From: an uncultured Candidatus Micrarchaeota archaeon
Lineage (GTDB): Archaea > Micrarchaeota > Micrarchaeia > Micrarchaeales > Micrarchaeaceae
DNA length: 64,000 nt
Assembly: GCA_963741095.1 (NCBI GenBank)
Contig: CAVUGN010000002.1
Coordinates: forward strand, 160,001-224,000
Reading direction: 5' to 3'
In this document: piece after piece, positions 47,601 through 55,518 of the stretch
Position numbering within the stretch: the first letter of the stretch is position 1
Layout of the letters: every line of letters starts with the position of its first letter
The notes under the pieces: model-generated
What the model saw: the letters and a program-made list of their open reading frames with translations, nothing else
Told to the model about the DNA's origin: nothing
Database searches by the model: none
Position numbers and translations under genes: made by a program

Positions 47601-48811
47601 CCAGCGCGCTCACCTACGCAAATTCGATGCAGCCCAGCATCATACCAGTCTTCCAGCTCTTCGCCCAGTCGTCGTACCTCTACGGCCTCGACCTCGACCT
47701 GAGCCTGAATCCGAACATCTACGGCTACAACCGGCTCGTCTACACCTTTGTCGACAGCTTCAACAACATCATAACCGCGCCGCTCGACGCAGACCTCGCC
47801 AACATAGCCACAGTCACCGCCTCGGTGCAGACGACGACCAATCCGCTCAACGCGAACGAGACCAACGTCATAGTCTCGGGCACCGCGATGTACACGCTGC
47901 CCTCCGGGATGCAGCCCCTGCCTGCCGGTTCGCCGATATACCTCTACTACGACACCAACATCAACTTTTACAACAGCATAGTCAGCCCAGCAGACTCCGA
48001 TCCGACGAACTACTACCAGTATTCGCTCCAGTGCGCCTTCTCCACAAGCCTACAGGCCTGCCAGTTAGCCAATCCGCTATCGACATTGACGCAGCCTGCC
48101 GGCGCCACAAACCCGAAGACCTTCGGCCCAATCGAAGCCAACGTGATCACCTTCCAGACCCAGTACGATTACAACGCAGTCGACTACCGGGCGGGCAACC
48201 CGCTGGCCGGCACCACTGTGCCCCAATGCGCTGCGACGCCAAGCAGCCTCCTGGACCTGCCGGCCTGCCTGCTGAACAGGGCCAAATGCGAGTGCAACAT
48301 CAACGGCGACTACGGCCTGGATCCGATACGGTCCGACCCCTACAATGCCAAACTTGACGAGTACTGCGAGCCAGTGTACGACGACGGCAACGGCATCTTC
48401 ACCTCGCAGATAGGGCTTGTCGCGATCGCCAACACGCTGCCTGACGGCACGTTCAACGCCGTCTTCGACACCTGCGGCTCCGGCACGCCCTCGATAGTTG
48501 CACAGTACTACGGCTACCCGCCGCCAGAGCCGCTGCCTGTCTTCCAGCCCTCGCTGCCCTACTCGGCCAACGCCTTCCTCTTCGAAGTGCCGCCCTCCGG
48601 CTTCGTGACCTCGAACGAATTCAACTACGCGTACTCTCCTGCCTCGCAGTCGGCATCCTTCAACATAGGCAGCTACGCCCTGCCGTTCGGCGACGTGGAC
48701 CCGGCAGCGCTCATGCTTGCAGCGTTGGCGCTGCTGATCATATCCTACGCAAAGCGCGCCACGCAAAAACCCTCCGGAAAGGCGCAAACGGACGATGTGA
48801 ACAAGGATTAA
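41609..48811 (+). CDS. giant 2400-aa membrane-anchored surface protein with N-terminal spherulin-4 (GH135-like) domain, Cys-rich repeats and probable beta-propeller region
   Basis: signal peptide; VPYY, IVN...GPG, VVGYVDT, GIFFDE, IGNPG, TIYE; C-terminal TM helix with basic tail. Confidence 0.85.
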   Translation: MKNLLRISFFLLLSLLALSSVSKISVAAPGIMVPYYIDLSNSASLNELISAHTSNPSVPMIVIVNLGNPGGPGTSSSPTSLSAIQQMQNSGITVVGYVDTDYGAISQSTEETEMQEWKSWYGVTGIFFDEMAASSGYETYYTTLTSYAKSTLGMSLTIGNPGGPTQSSYVHTVDIITIYESPGMPSTGSLNTFGDPASNFALIAYGVPSAPSASTLSSYSPYVSYLYVTDASGGNPYDVLPSYFSSEVAALNTGGATTTSTSSSSSSSTIATNPCTTCEDNCLAGCGSDIGCATNCGGGAGETCYAACSSGTTAPTTTIPTDPCTACEDNCLSGCGSNIGCATNCGGGPGETCYNACGTTTVPTTTIPTDSCTACEDNCLADCGSDLGCAASCGGSFGETCYVACGSTVTSIPTTTIPQGQSGTCVGGDPTSPCTFLDAVESSTTYDGAGGGTIVQLPPNTNPSPLPIISEVLQQNAQDAQFLLTCPNNPDASQTLEYLTSDLPGQTSYIMGDKCLAESAPLQTSVARQIVVSWSGYVPASSTASVAFDNLAIGAVSNLAYSGGSDTNGNRNYNLSNGYDSASYISGQVPASPQYGIWTWNAEYANLAAVNAGLSALQTPDALTNLQILDINQHQFSGNPLYCKSTLEYTSPCGATTTSTSSIGSTTTTSSTYGPCGEYSVSYIDPTTGEITCVSGHTTAPLPVRQYQPVNSVAPASVNASNLHTPKTMANVGDDSGGGDCVSDAVPDCGGNPYYVRSLVPTNYYWSCSYLYNYQVNAEVSNLGNTQIPVPVQTATLPQKPYLLMNNFPYGGFVEQSLPGSCSDLDLFHGTPCDDWTKISSSATLYLANGKKYGVNVYVDPADPSNYWTVYSTSWFGYIGFSLHTGFVPITSLTYKSVGALPYLLYNISMPAEIGAINNREEYLNLSYDIYSPHNYLDPANYLEPLPLSTDSGLFAAYKSGSATDLGIFPSNMLSLSNPYVAGLDEAVTSFLSSIINLPAGLSSLAIFGSNVRVGNYYTGVLANPIYLSAAPNDYIYALTSAEPCTFWILGCNQHIYLYTMRFIPAGDLNLTNNQPNALGPITCADSSTCPDAWNALWTSSSGYWANSLREQSQNLYVTNVYPISSTGSSFWASGNWQHDAANNNPSIAPTAVTTDYDDDLFMLGCDNGSCSNFKFAEMIPGAGGGNYIYDAGQTPAGFKATGELAADPDGQYVYVAGENYGNVLVYGTPPNSNFIYLSSVPLSFSNPAYNFNVVSYLASGGPFGNALIASAYSNIAGVNDVSSNHHPLAISEYDGFLYVLDNWTFKVPVNVNGALEEMSSAILLVRAFTENGMEVPIDGSSMNYLVPAFGGAVSTTTGVSVPQGGWAPYGWPISANIMVTPFAPDGGAVPTHISYCAAGCTYSPNTISTGYPPIGPAISEDGRIAESGKNADLGFSTDFNGTSYMIAHDYNWVDGVPGVSTCSSCSSSYTELLSFKLNLLNYTTLSYGANSPYTCYIGGNTVVYPSTPCTYDTTSNIVDIYAPILGVPSSFDYVESEGSPQQFTSITGLLTSSVPGGVDTSQYSGKATQQPITASCVDGTTGESTGTPLCARSSETPACASSTTLSCTSGGTPTCPSGAPTCTDVTTNIFCSNGDQGAVPTCADLSNPTCVSTGGSTNKPECADKSAPLCTPTDPNQPLGTAECSTQVQPLCPDGTTLPSCNTETDPSNAPQCNTGLQVQCPSGLSATPCASPGSAPTCLSLNTLPPPPGGTGVSAIMNTYVNSVITGYLLVPYHYTYQMWQQWSPDPIPTGSVYSSYSFNPGDDVMVNGALPGDDFSGTLCPPFTLPPPVPAPNAGVATLTDQANTIYTMNQVNMQSNYLQDDIQGGDTYLQLGELSQINQAYYTSNLSDAGTVTYPDLSYNIFTNRWYGEMFVNQTIGPQNFVPVVLAGAQVMNAVQTDNYWLEDYVQQEANGQTFPAYAAQDVLPLASPKIGADCGGTGCPANYYYDPLLSPLSSALTYANSMQPSIIPVFQLFAQSSYLYGLDLDLSLNPNIYGYNRLVYTFVDSFNNIITAPLDADLANIATVTASVQTTTNPLNANETNVIVSGTAMYTLPSGMQPLPAGSPIYLYYDTNINFYNSIVSPADSDPTNYYQYSLQCAFSTSLQACQLANPLSTLTQPAGATNPKTFGPIEANVITFQTQYDYNAVDYRAGNPLAGTTVPQCAATPSSLLDLPACLLNRAKCECNINGDYGLDPIRSDPYNAKLDEYCEPVYDDGNGIFTSQIGLVAIANTLPDGTFNAVFDTCGSGTPSIVAQYYGYPPPEPLPVFQPSLPYSANAFLFEVPPSGFVTSNEFNYAYSPASQSASFNIGSYALPFGDVDPAALMLAALALLIISYAKRATQKPSGKAQTDDVNKD
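42431..42823 (+). repeat. three tandem 8-Cys repeats (period 147/144 nt) within the giant protein
   Basis: C-x2-C-x3-C-x3-C-x5-C-x3-C-x7-C-x3-C units starting at 42431, 42578 and 42722, joined by PTTTIPT linkers. Confidence 0.95.
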
Positions 48812-48816
48812 ATGCG

Positions 48817-49362
48817 CTACACGCGCCTCAAGAACTCTTCAAGAATCACATTGAGGCTGTCCTTCGCATGGCGGATCGGATCGGGCATCGAGTTCTGCAC
48901 CAGCCAGTACTCATCGCAGAAAGCCGGCAGGCGGTTGTTCATGCGGGAATTCAGGGCCTCCTTGCTGATCGTCGAGGCGATTATGAGGTAAAAGCCATCG
49001 CCGTACCTGAGCCTGAACCTGTGGTATTTGTCCACGGCGATGTGTATCTCATCATCGGTGAGCGTGGACATGGAGTGCGGCTCTATGATCACGCGTTTGC
49101 CATCGACCCTCAACTCGGTCACGAAATCCGGTACGTAATGGTCAACCTCATGCAGGACATTCAGGTGCATGATGAACGGCTCATAATAAGTCTTTATTCT
49201 GTGCTGCCGCAGACAATCCATGAATGCATATTCGTAGCCGGTGGTAACGCTGGTCTTTGCGGATATCGGCGTGATAAATCCCATATCGAGCAGCGTTTTC
49301 GCTTCGTCCGTGCTTAGAATATGCGTTCTTGCGTGATGCACCGCTTCGTGGCACTTCGTCAT
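48817..49362 (-). CDS. putative PD-(D/E)XK-fold nuclease domain protein
   Basis: YE..F...L....I..YYEP, YVPDF, VIIEPH; start set at MTKCH because the longer ORF is antisense to aIF5A. Confidence 0.6.
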   Translation of the reverse strand: MTKCHEAVHHARTHILSTDEAKTLLDMGFITPISAKTSVTTGYEYAFMDCLRQHRIKTYYEPFIMHLNVLHEVDHYVPDFVTELRVDGKRVIIEPHSMSTLTDDEIHIAVDKYHRFRLRYGDGFYLIIASTISKEALNSRMNNRLPAFCDEYWLVQNSMPDPIRHAKDSLNVILEEFLRRV

Positions 49363-49545
49363 GCGAATACCTTTTTCATCCGATAAGCCATCAATTAAAA
49401 TAATACTTATACCTGCCTGATCCGTGGAATACGGCGCATTTCCGGCAGTTTGCGTCCTGCACCGCAACCGCTGCGCCCATGCCGAGAAGGTGTAAGCTAT
49501 ATATACTTTCTTTAACAATTTAATCCAATTTCTCTGGTTGTTCAA

Positions 49546-49947
49546 ATGGCTGACGATATAACCCCAGTGCCAATGAAGGACATGCGCGTTGGCAGGTTCC
49601 TGATGATAGACGGCATAGCGTGCAGGGTCGTGGACATAGACATAAGCTCGCCGGGCAAGCACGGATCCGCGAAGATGAGGATAACCGGCATAGGCATCTT
49701 CGACGGGCAGAAGAAGACACTTCTGACGCCCAGCCACTCTGACGGCGAGGCGCCGGTCATAAAGAAGACCAAGGCACAGGTCGTCTCGGTCGGCGAGAAA
49801 ACGGCGCAGCTCATGGATTCGGAGAGCTTCGAGATATACGAGCTGCCGATCATAGAGGAATTGGCGGGCAAGCTGCATCCGGGCAACGAGGTGGAAGTGA
49901 TAGAGGCGACGGGCAGGAGGGCAATGGCAAGGATACTAGGGGGTTAA
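49546..49947 (+). CDS. eif5a: translation factor aIF5A
   Basis: SSPGKHGSAK hypusine motif, GIFDG.K, QLMD.E.FE. Confidence 0.96.
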   Translation: MADDITPVPMKDMRVGRFLMIDGIACRVVDIDISSPGKHGSAKMRITGIGIFDGQKKTLLTPSHSDGEAPVIKKTKAQVVSVGEKTAQLMDSESFEIYELPIIEELAGKLHPGNEVEVIEATGRRAMARILGG

Positions 49948-49948
49948 C

Positions 49949-50293
49949 ATGGAATTGAGCATAACATCAAACAAGGAGAACAAGCTGTTGGGAAGAAGAG
50001 AGATCGAGTTCAACGTGGTTCAGGAGAGCAGCACCCCATCAAAGAACGAGATAAAGGCGGAGCTGTGCAAGAAGCTCAACCTGGATCCCGATTCCGTGAT
50101 AGTGGTCAAGATGGACCAGAGCACCGGAGTCAAGCAGGGCCGCGGTGTCGCGCACGCTTATCCTTCGAAGGAGATGGTCGAGAAGTTCGAGCCCGCTTAT
50201 CTTGTAAACAGGATGAAGGGCATAAAGGGCGCCAAGGTCGCAAAGGAGAAGAAGGGACCGACCGCGAAGAAGGAGGCTCCGGCTGAGAAGTGA
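49949..50293 (+). CDS. rps24e: 30S ribosomal protein eS24
   Basis: NKLLGRREI, TPS, G.A.AY, EP.Y...R. Confidence 0.93.
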   Translation: MELSITSNKENKLLGRREIEFNVVQESSTPSKNEIKAELCKKLNLDPDSVIVVKMDQSTGVKQGRGVAHAYPSKEMVEKFEPAYLVNRMKGIKGAKVAKEKKGPTAKKEAPAEK

Positions 50294-50298
50294 TTCGA

Positions 50299-50448
50299 AT
50301 GGCCGACAAAAAAGACGCGAAGAAAGCCAAAGCCTACAAGGCTGGCAAGATGTGCCCGAAGTGCAACTCAAGGATGGCCGAGCATTCCGACCGCTACACG
50401 TGCGGCAGGTGCAGCTACACTGAGTTCAAGCATGTTGCAAAGCAATGA
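50299..50448 (+). CDS. rps27ae: 30S ribosomal protein eS31 (S27ae); absent from the ORF track (49 aa)
   Basis: MADKKDAKKAKAYKAGKMCPKCNSRMAEHSDRYTCGRCSYTEFKHVAKQ, directly after rps24e. Confidence 0.95.
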   Translation: MADKKDAKKAKAYKAGKMCPKCNSRMAEHSDRYTCGRCSYTEFKHVAKQ

Positions 50449-51139
50449 TGTAGTGGCATCCAAACGAAAGAGCAAGGCGAAGAGCAAGGGCAGCAGCAAA
50501 CTCGTCAGGTACGCATTCTATTCGATAACAGTATTCATTGCGATTGTGGGGTGGTTCGTGCTCGGGGAACTCTACCTGCACGGGCTGATCACCCAGACCG
50601 CCTTCACCGCCGACGCTTCCATAGAGCTGTCCCTGTTCTTCCCGTTCATAGTGTTCTCGTACCTGCTGGCGAAGAAAAACAAGCTAAAGAACATAGTCAA
50701 CGATCTCGGCCTTTCAAGGAAGAGCCTGACGCTCAAGAACATCCTTATCGGCATATTTCTCTTTGGCCTCATACTGCTTTCGGAGTTCCTCATAGGCCTG
50801 TTCACCACGGTGACTGGAATACAGCTGCCGACCAACGTGAGCGCGGTGCTGGCCGGCATGCCCATCTATTTCCTGGTCTTCACTTTCCTCATAGCGCCGA
50901 TAGACGAAGAGATACTGTTCAGGGGTTTCCTCGTGCCGCGTCTGGGCATAGTCGAGAGCGCCCTGCTGTTCGCGCTGCCGCACCTGCTCACATACGCCTC
51001 CTGGTCCGAGTTCGTAGCGGCCTTCGTGTTCGGCATCCTTGCGGGCTACTTCTTCAAGAAGCAAAAGTCGCTGTACATAACCATCCTCGCCCATCTGCTT
51101 GTCAATTTCCTGACTATAGCGGCGATGATGCTGCTGTGA
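50432..51139 (+). CDS. CPBP (Abi/CAAX) intramembrane metalloprotease
   Basis: APIDEEILFRG, FALPH, AH..VN. Confidence 0.92.
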   Translation: MLQSNDVVASKRKSKAKSKGSSKLVRYAFYSITVFIAIVGWFVLGELYLHGLITQTAFTADASIELSLFFPFIVFSYLLAKKNKLKNIVNDLGLSRKSLTLKNILIGIFLFGLILLSEFLIGLFTTVTGIQLPTNVSAVLAGMPIYFLVFTFLIAPIDEEILFRGFLVPRLGIVESALLFALPHLLTYASWSEFVAAFVFGILAGYFFKKQKSLYITILAHLLVNFLTIAAMMLL

Positions 51140-51843
51140 TGGCCGTGGCCCTTATAGACGTAGCCCTGATGGAGCCCAAGTACCAGGTCAACCTCGGCTA
51201 CATCGCAAGAGTAATGAAGAACTTCGGGGTGGAGAGGCTGTACCTGATAAACCCGAGGTGCAACTACAAGGGCAAGGAGGCCATAAAATATTCGAAGCAC
51301 GCCCACTCGCTGCTCGAGCATGCCAGGCTGCCGAAGAGCATAGCCGAGGCGACGAAGGGCGCGTTTGTCATCGGGACGACCGGCCTATGGAGCAAGACGG
51401 ACAAGTCCTTCCACAACGTCTACAGCCTGCAGAACTCCGGACGCCTGCTAAGGAACGCGGGCCGCAGAAAGAAGGTGGTGCTGCTGATAGGCAGGGACGA
51501 CACCGGATTGAGCAAGAACGAGCTGCGGGAGTGCGACGCTACGATATTCATCGGAGCCAGCAGGGACTACCCGGTTCTGAACATCTCGCACGCGCTGGCG
51601 ATAATGCTCTACGAGCTGACCAGAATGAGCTACGGCAAGGAGTACGAATTCATGGACTCGCTCTACGCGGATGCCAAGCGCCAGAGGATGGTCCTCCTGC
51701 TCTTCAAAAGGATGATAAAAGGCAACAAATCGATAAGGGACAAGGAATCCGTGGCGATGGCGTTCAAGCACGTCCTCAGCAGATCCGCTCCGACGAGGAA
51801 GGAGGCGAATGCGATCTCGATAGCGCTTGCGGGGGCGCGCTAA
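51139..51843 (+). CDS. trmJ: SPOUT RNA methyltransferase, TrmJ family
   Basis: EPKYQVNLG.IARVMKNFG, IGTT, GR...GLS..EL..CD, YPVLNISHA; start at ATG 51139. Confidence 0.9.
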   Translation: MAVALIDVALMEPKYQVNLGYIARVMKNFGVERLYLINPRCNYKGKEAIKYSKHAHSLLEHARLPKSIAEATKGAFVIGTTGLWSKTDKSFHNVYSLQNSGRLLRNAGRRKKVVLLIGRDDTGLSKNELRECDATIFIGASRDYPVLNISHALAIMLYELTRMSYGKEYEFMDSLYADAKRQRMVLLLFKRMIKGNKSIRDKESVAMAFKHVLSRSAPTRKEANAISIALAGAR

Positions 51844-51915
51844 CGGCGTGCAGCGAAAGCGCCGACTAGGAAAACAAAAAAGGAAAAGAACCAAGGAATG
51901 GATGAAGCAGGCGCT

Positions 51916-52290
51916 TTACTTCGACGGCGCCCTCTTCGTCTTTACGATCTTTATCTTGCCAGGGGTCAGCAGTATCTTCTCTGCGTCGAGCCTCGCAATG
52001 TCTCCGTCAATCTTCTCCGCATAGCCCTTCAGGTCGTCGACAACGCTCTTGAGCGTGTTCGGCCTCTTGGCCATCTCGGTTATGTTAAGCAGGACGATGT
52101 TGCCTGTGCTCAATTCCTTCTTGATGAGATCGACGTCGGTCTGCTGCTGCAGCGAGACCGGCTTGACATAATGGTCTGCAGGTTCGTGCATCACGTCGAC
52201 ATCTTCCATCTCTGCCGCGTTCATGTACTCCTCCAAGTTTATTTCCTTGGACACGCCTAAGGTCTTCCCTAGCTTATCAAAAATGCTCAT
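51916..52290 (-). CDS. sepF: cell division protein SepF
   Basis: EL..GNIVLLNI, LK......GDIA, ILLTP..IKI. Confidence 0.9.
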   Translation of the reverse strand: MSIFDKLGKTLGVSKEINLEEYMNAAEMEDVDVMHEPADHYVKPVSLQQQTDVDLIKKELSTGNIVLLNITEMAKRPNTLKSVVDDLKGYAEKIDGDIARLDAEKILLTPGKIKIVKTKRAPSK

Positions 52291-52464
52291 TTTTTCACCT
52301 TTTCCGTCGCCTTTAACTAGTATGGTATATCATTTTTAAATACTTTCGTGTTTTGCGGAGCACCTCAACGTAAATGTGCGCCCCAGTCAAAACCCCGAAA
52401 TAGAAGGCGAAATGCGGGCGCGCAAATAGAAAACATTAAAATACTGCGCTGAAATATAGTCCCG

Positions 52465-52821
52465 ATGATAAAGGTAATGCGGGTTTATGTGCGCGCCGAT
52501 ATTACCGACGGCATACGGATTCTTGTTGATAGGTTGTGGCCTCGAGGAATAAGGAGGAACACTCCCAACGTCGACATATGGCTGAAGGACGTTGCCCCCT
52601 CAACGGAACTGAGGAAATGGTTCGCGCACGACCTCCGAAGGTGGAAGTCCTTCAAGTCGAGATACCTGAAGGAACTGGAGGAGAACAAGGCGGTCGCCAA
52701 TCTTCTGCAGGTCATAAGGTCAACTGACACCGTAACCCTAGTCTACGCGACGAAGGACGAGAAGCACAACAACGCCGAGGTTCTGCGCGAGTTCCTCAAG
52801 AGGAAATTCAAGATAGAATAA
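52465..52821 (+). CDS. DUF488 family protein (YeaO-like)
   Basis: DG.RILVDRLWPRG, W.KDVAPSTELRKWF.H, TLVY..KD..HNNA. Confidence 0.93.
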   Translation: MIKVMRVYVRADITDGIRILVDRLWPRGIRRNTPNVDIWLKDVAPSTELRKWFAHDLRRWKSFKSRYLKELEENKAVANLLQVIRSTDTVTLVYATKDEKHNNAEVLREFLKRKFKIE

Positions 52822-52834
52822 GGATTAGTCCGGT

Positions 52835-53218
52835 GTGCCATTGAGATACCTGATACTAGACACGAGCTCGATGCTCTTCGGATTCTCCAACAACAGGAAC
52901 GTGTTTGACCTTGCTATCGGCGAATTCCCAAGCCACAGGCCGCTGGTTTCCATCGGCATAGTGAACGAATTGATGGGGCTGTCGCAGAACAAGGGCAAAA
53001 AAGGCGCCTGCGCCAGGGTGGCGCTCGCCGAGATAAGAGCTAAAAAGATTGAGATTGATAATATAAACAGGGCAGACGGCTGGATACTTGAAAAAGCAAG
53101 GCGGAACAGGGGCTCTGTCGTCGTGACGAACGACACACCGCTCGCAAAAAAACTGTTGCGTTTCGGAACCACGGTGCTTAAGATGTCCAGAAGCGGCATG
53201 CTAAGAAGTGCTCGGTGA
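52835..53218 (+). CDS. PIN domain protein
   Basis: ILDTS, V.EL, AD..I, VVTND..L; conserved position upstream of rpo7. Confidence 0.85.
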   Translation: MPLRYLILDTSSMLFGFSNNRNVFDLAIGEFPSHRPLVSIGIVNELMGLSQNKGKKGACARVALAEIRAKKIEIDNINRADGWILEKARRNRGSVVVTNDTPLAKKLLRFGTTVLKMSRSGMLRSAR

Positions 53219-53811
53219 ATTTTTTGTACTACATATATAGCGTAAAAGACAGGTTCAAGCTGCCTCCGGAAAGTCTCGCGGAGGACATAGAGTCGGTGGC
53301 AGCGAAGGTGCTGAGGCGAAAGTACGAGGGCGCCATAGACAAGGACATAGGAGTCATAGTGGCGATATTCAACGTGAGGGGCGTCAGCGACGGCATCCTC
53401 TACCCTGGAGATCCGTCGACGCACCACGATGTCGAGTTTGACGTTCTGTCGTTCATGCCGGGCGTCGAGGAGATAGTGAACGGGGAGGTGACCGAGATAG
53501 CTGAATTCGGCGCCTTCGTGAGGATAGGCCCGATCGACGGGCTAGTGCACGTCTCACAGATAACCAACGACTTCCTTTCGTTCGACAGGAAATCTCAGGC
53601 GTTCGTATCAAAGCGCAGCGGAAGGTCACTGAAGAAGGGCGACACCGTGTTCGCGAAGATATCGACGATAAGCATGAAGAACAGCGTAAAGGATTCGAAG
53701 ATAGCGCTAACGATGAAGCCAGAGGGTCTTGGCAAGCCCGAATGGGCCGGCGAGGACGAGAAGTCCAAGGCAAGGTACGGAAAGGGAGGCAAGGGAAGAG
53801 GAAGGAGATGA
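53215..53811 (+). CDS. rpo7: RNA polymerase subunit Rpo7 (E')
   Basis: G.I.PGD, GEV.EI.EFGAFV.IGP.DGLVH.SQI, LTM..GLGK.EW. Confidence 0.95.
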   Translation: MNFLYYIYSVKDRFKLPPESLAEDIESVAAKVLRRKYEGAIDKDIGVIVAIFNVRGVSDGILYPGDPSTHHDVEFDVLSFMPGVEEIVNGEVTEIAEFGAFVRIGPIDGLVHVSQITNDFLSFDRKSQAFVSKRSGRSLKKGDTVFAKISTISMKNSVKDSKIALTMKPEGLGKPEWAGEDEKSKARYGKGGKGRGRR

Positions 53812-53815
53812 TAAC

Positions 53816-54007
53816 ATGGAAGAAAAAGCGTGCAAAAACTGCAGACTGGTGATAAGCCACGGAGACACATGCCCGAGCTGCGGCTCGAAGGAGCTCACGA
53901 CCAAATGGGGCAGCCCGGTGATCATACTCAACGCGGAGAAGTCAGACATAGCGAAGAAGCTGGGATTAAAGATGAACAGCACTTACGCAGTCAACATAAG
54001 CACCTGA
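53816..54007 (+). CDS. spt4: transcription elongation factor Spt4 (RpoE'')
   Basis: KACKNC...CPSCG....W...VII...KS.IA. Confidence 0.93.
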   Translation: MEEKACKNCRLVISHGDTCPSCGSKELTTKWGSPVIILNAEKSDIAKKLGLKMNSTYAVNIST

Positions 54008-54011
54008 CGGG

Positions 54012-54725
54012 TCATTCCTTCTTTTCGGCGCTCTCTTTCGGCATGTCGTATTCCTCTTCGACCTTCACCTTTTGCACCTTCAGGTTCGCGAAGATGGAAG
54101 CTACGAGGTTCGCCTTGGCTATGAAATAATCAGCGTCCTTCTTTACGGAATTGTTGAACGAGACCGTCACTGTTCCATTGGCCTCTTCGATCTTTGTCGG
54201 GCTTGCGCCGTAGCTCTTGCCCAACCCTTCGACCTTCTCCTTGTCGGACGTGAGCGCCCTGACGACCTTCACCTCATAAATGACATCCCTGCCAGCGTAT
54301 GGGTGGTTGGCGTCGACCACGACCCTGCCGGAGTTTATGCTCTTCACGATGACCGGCATGTTGTCTATGTTAACCTGCATTCCCACGTACGGAGTTATGT
54401 CGTTCTTCCTGAACCCGGCGATGGGCATCACCCTCACTAGCTCCTCGTTCCTGCTGCCGAACGCCTCATCAGGCTTGAAGGTGAACTTCTTCTGCTCGTT
54501 GAGGCCCATCGAATGCAGGGCCTTGTCCAGCCCGCTTATCACGCTGTTGGCTCCAAGAACCACCAGTGTGGGCCCGTAACGGGTTTCCTTATGGTATATG
54601 TTGGCGTCCTTCGCCTTCTGCTCCTCGGTCGTAGCGACAAGCGTGTTGTCAACCGCGTCCCACATGCTGTAGTCTATTTCCAGGAAGTCTCCATCCTTAA
54701 AGGTCATCTTATCACTATCGGACAT
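54012..54725 (-). CDS. long-type archaeal FKBP peptidyl-prolyl isomerase
   Basis: GDF.EIDY, GLD.AL, PDEAFG.R, SGRV.VDANHPYAG; start at MSDSDK. Confidence 0.9.
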   Translation of the reverse strand: MSDSDKMTFKDGDFLEIDYSMWDAVDNTLVATTEEQKAKDANIYHKETRYGPTLVVLGANSVISGLDKALHSMGLNEQKKFTFKPDEAFGSRNEELVRVMPIAGFRKNDITPYVGMQVNIDNMPVIVKSINSGRVVVDANHPYAGRDVIYEVKVVRALTSDKEKVEGLGKSYGASPTKIEEANGTVTVSFNNSVKKDADYFIAKANLVASIFANLKVQKVKVEEEYDMPKESAEKKE

Positions 54726-54832
54726 CTGACGAGCGCCGCAATGCGCGGCGAACCGCAAGTGCCAGTAGTGGTTATCTAAAAGCAATGTTTTTAAAGCTTT
54801 CCAAGCCATATTATCGCTGATAAGGCGATCAA

Positions 54833-55378
54833 ATGAAGCAAAAGACAGTTTTGAAGGCGCAGAGCGCCATGGAATACCTGATGACGTACGGTTGGGCAAT
54901 CCTGATCATCTCGGTGGTCTTGGGTGCGCTGTTCTCCCTTGGAGTGTTCAGTGGAGCATCTCTAATCGGAACCACCTGCGTCGCAAGTCCAGGATACTAC
55001 TGCAGCGGTGTTACCTACTCGCACAGCACGGGCAACATACTGTTCACGATAGGCCAGAGCACCGGTCTGAACTGGGTAAACACAGCATTCATATATGCAC
55101 CTCAGGGAACTGCATCCACCACCAACGCCCCATCAGTGACGTTCGCAAACGATATCGGTGGTCTTTATTCCGGCCAGCAGACGACCATCTCATGGGGTGT
55201 GTCCTCAACCAGCACCGCTGTCGGAACAATAACCGCGGGAACAATCTGGGCGTGCTACACAACTACATCTAGTGGTAACGCTATCGCGGGCGCAGTGCAG
55301 GCTGCAGGCTCATGCAATGCAATAGCCAACACCGTCTACTATGTGCAGATTGCAACTCTGACCGCAAAGGCTGTCTAA
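54833..55378 (+). CDS. class III signal peptide type IV pilin-like protein 1
   Basis: KAQSAMEYLMTYGWAIL, hydrophobic helix, four Cys. Confidence 0.88.
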   Translation: MKQKTVLKAQSAMEYLMTYGWAILIISVVLGALFSLGVFSGASLIGTTCVASPGYYCSGVTYSHSTGNILFTIGQSTGLNWVNTAFIYAPQGTASTTNAPSVTFANDIGGLYSGQQTTISWGVSSTSTAVGTITAGTIWACYTTTSSGNAIAGAVQAAGSCNAIANTVYYVQIATLTAKAV

Positions 55379-55413
55379 TCACAGGCAGCCTTTTTCTTTT
55401 CTTTTTTATTTTT
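55369..55413 (+). terminator. hairpin plus oligo-T terminator after pilin 1
   Basis: GGCTGTCT-aatcac-AGGCAGCC followed by a long T tract. Confidence 0.75.
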
Positions 55414-55459
55414 CAACCTCAGCGTGAGGCATGAGCAACCAAACAATTGGCGTTCTCGC

Positions 55460-55483
55460 AGCAAAAAGGGAAGTATTTATATC
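55460..55483 (+). promoter_or_regulatory. BRE-TATA promoter of pilin 2
   Basis: GCAAAAAGGGAAGTATTTATATCT; a similar element precedes pilin 3. Confidence 0.6.
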
Positions 55484-55518
55484 TTTGGTTTGTTATATCA
55501 AGCGAATAAGGTGTATTT

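Noticed and set aside
49363-49878. N-terminal half of the 353-aa minus-strand ORF
   Set aside because: Antisense to aIF5A and its promoter; only the C-terminal ~181 aa look like a real gene.
50551-51138. 430-aa ORF appearing to give TrmJ a long N-terminal extension
   Set aside because: The extension is an alternative frame of the CPBP gene with no protein-like features; TrmJ begins at ATG 51139.
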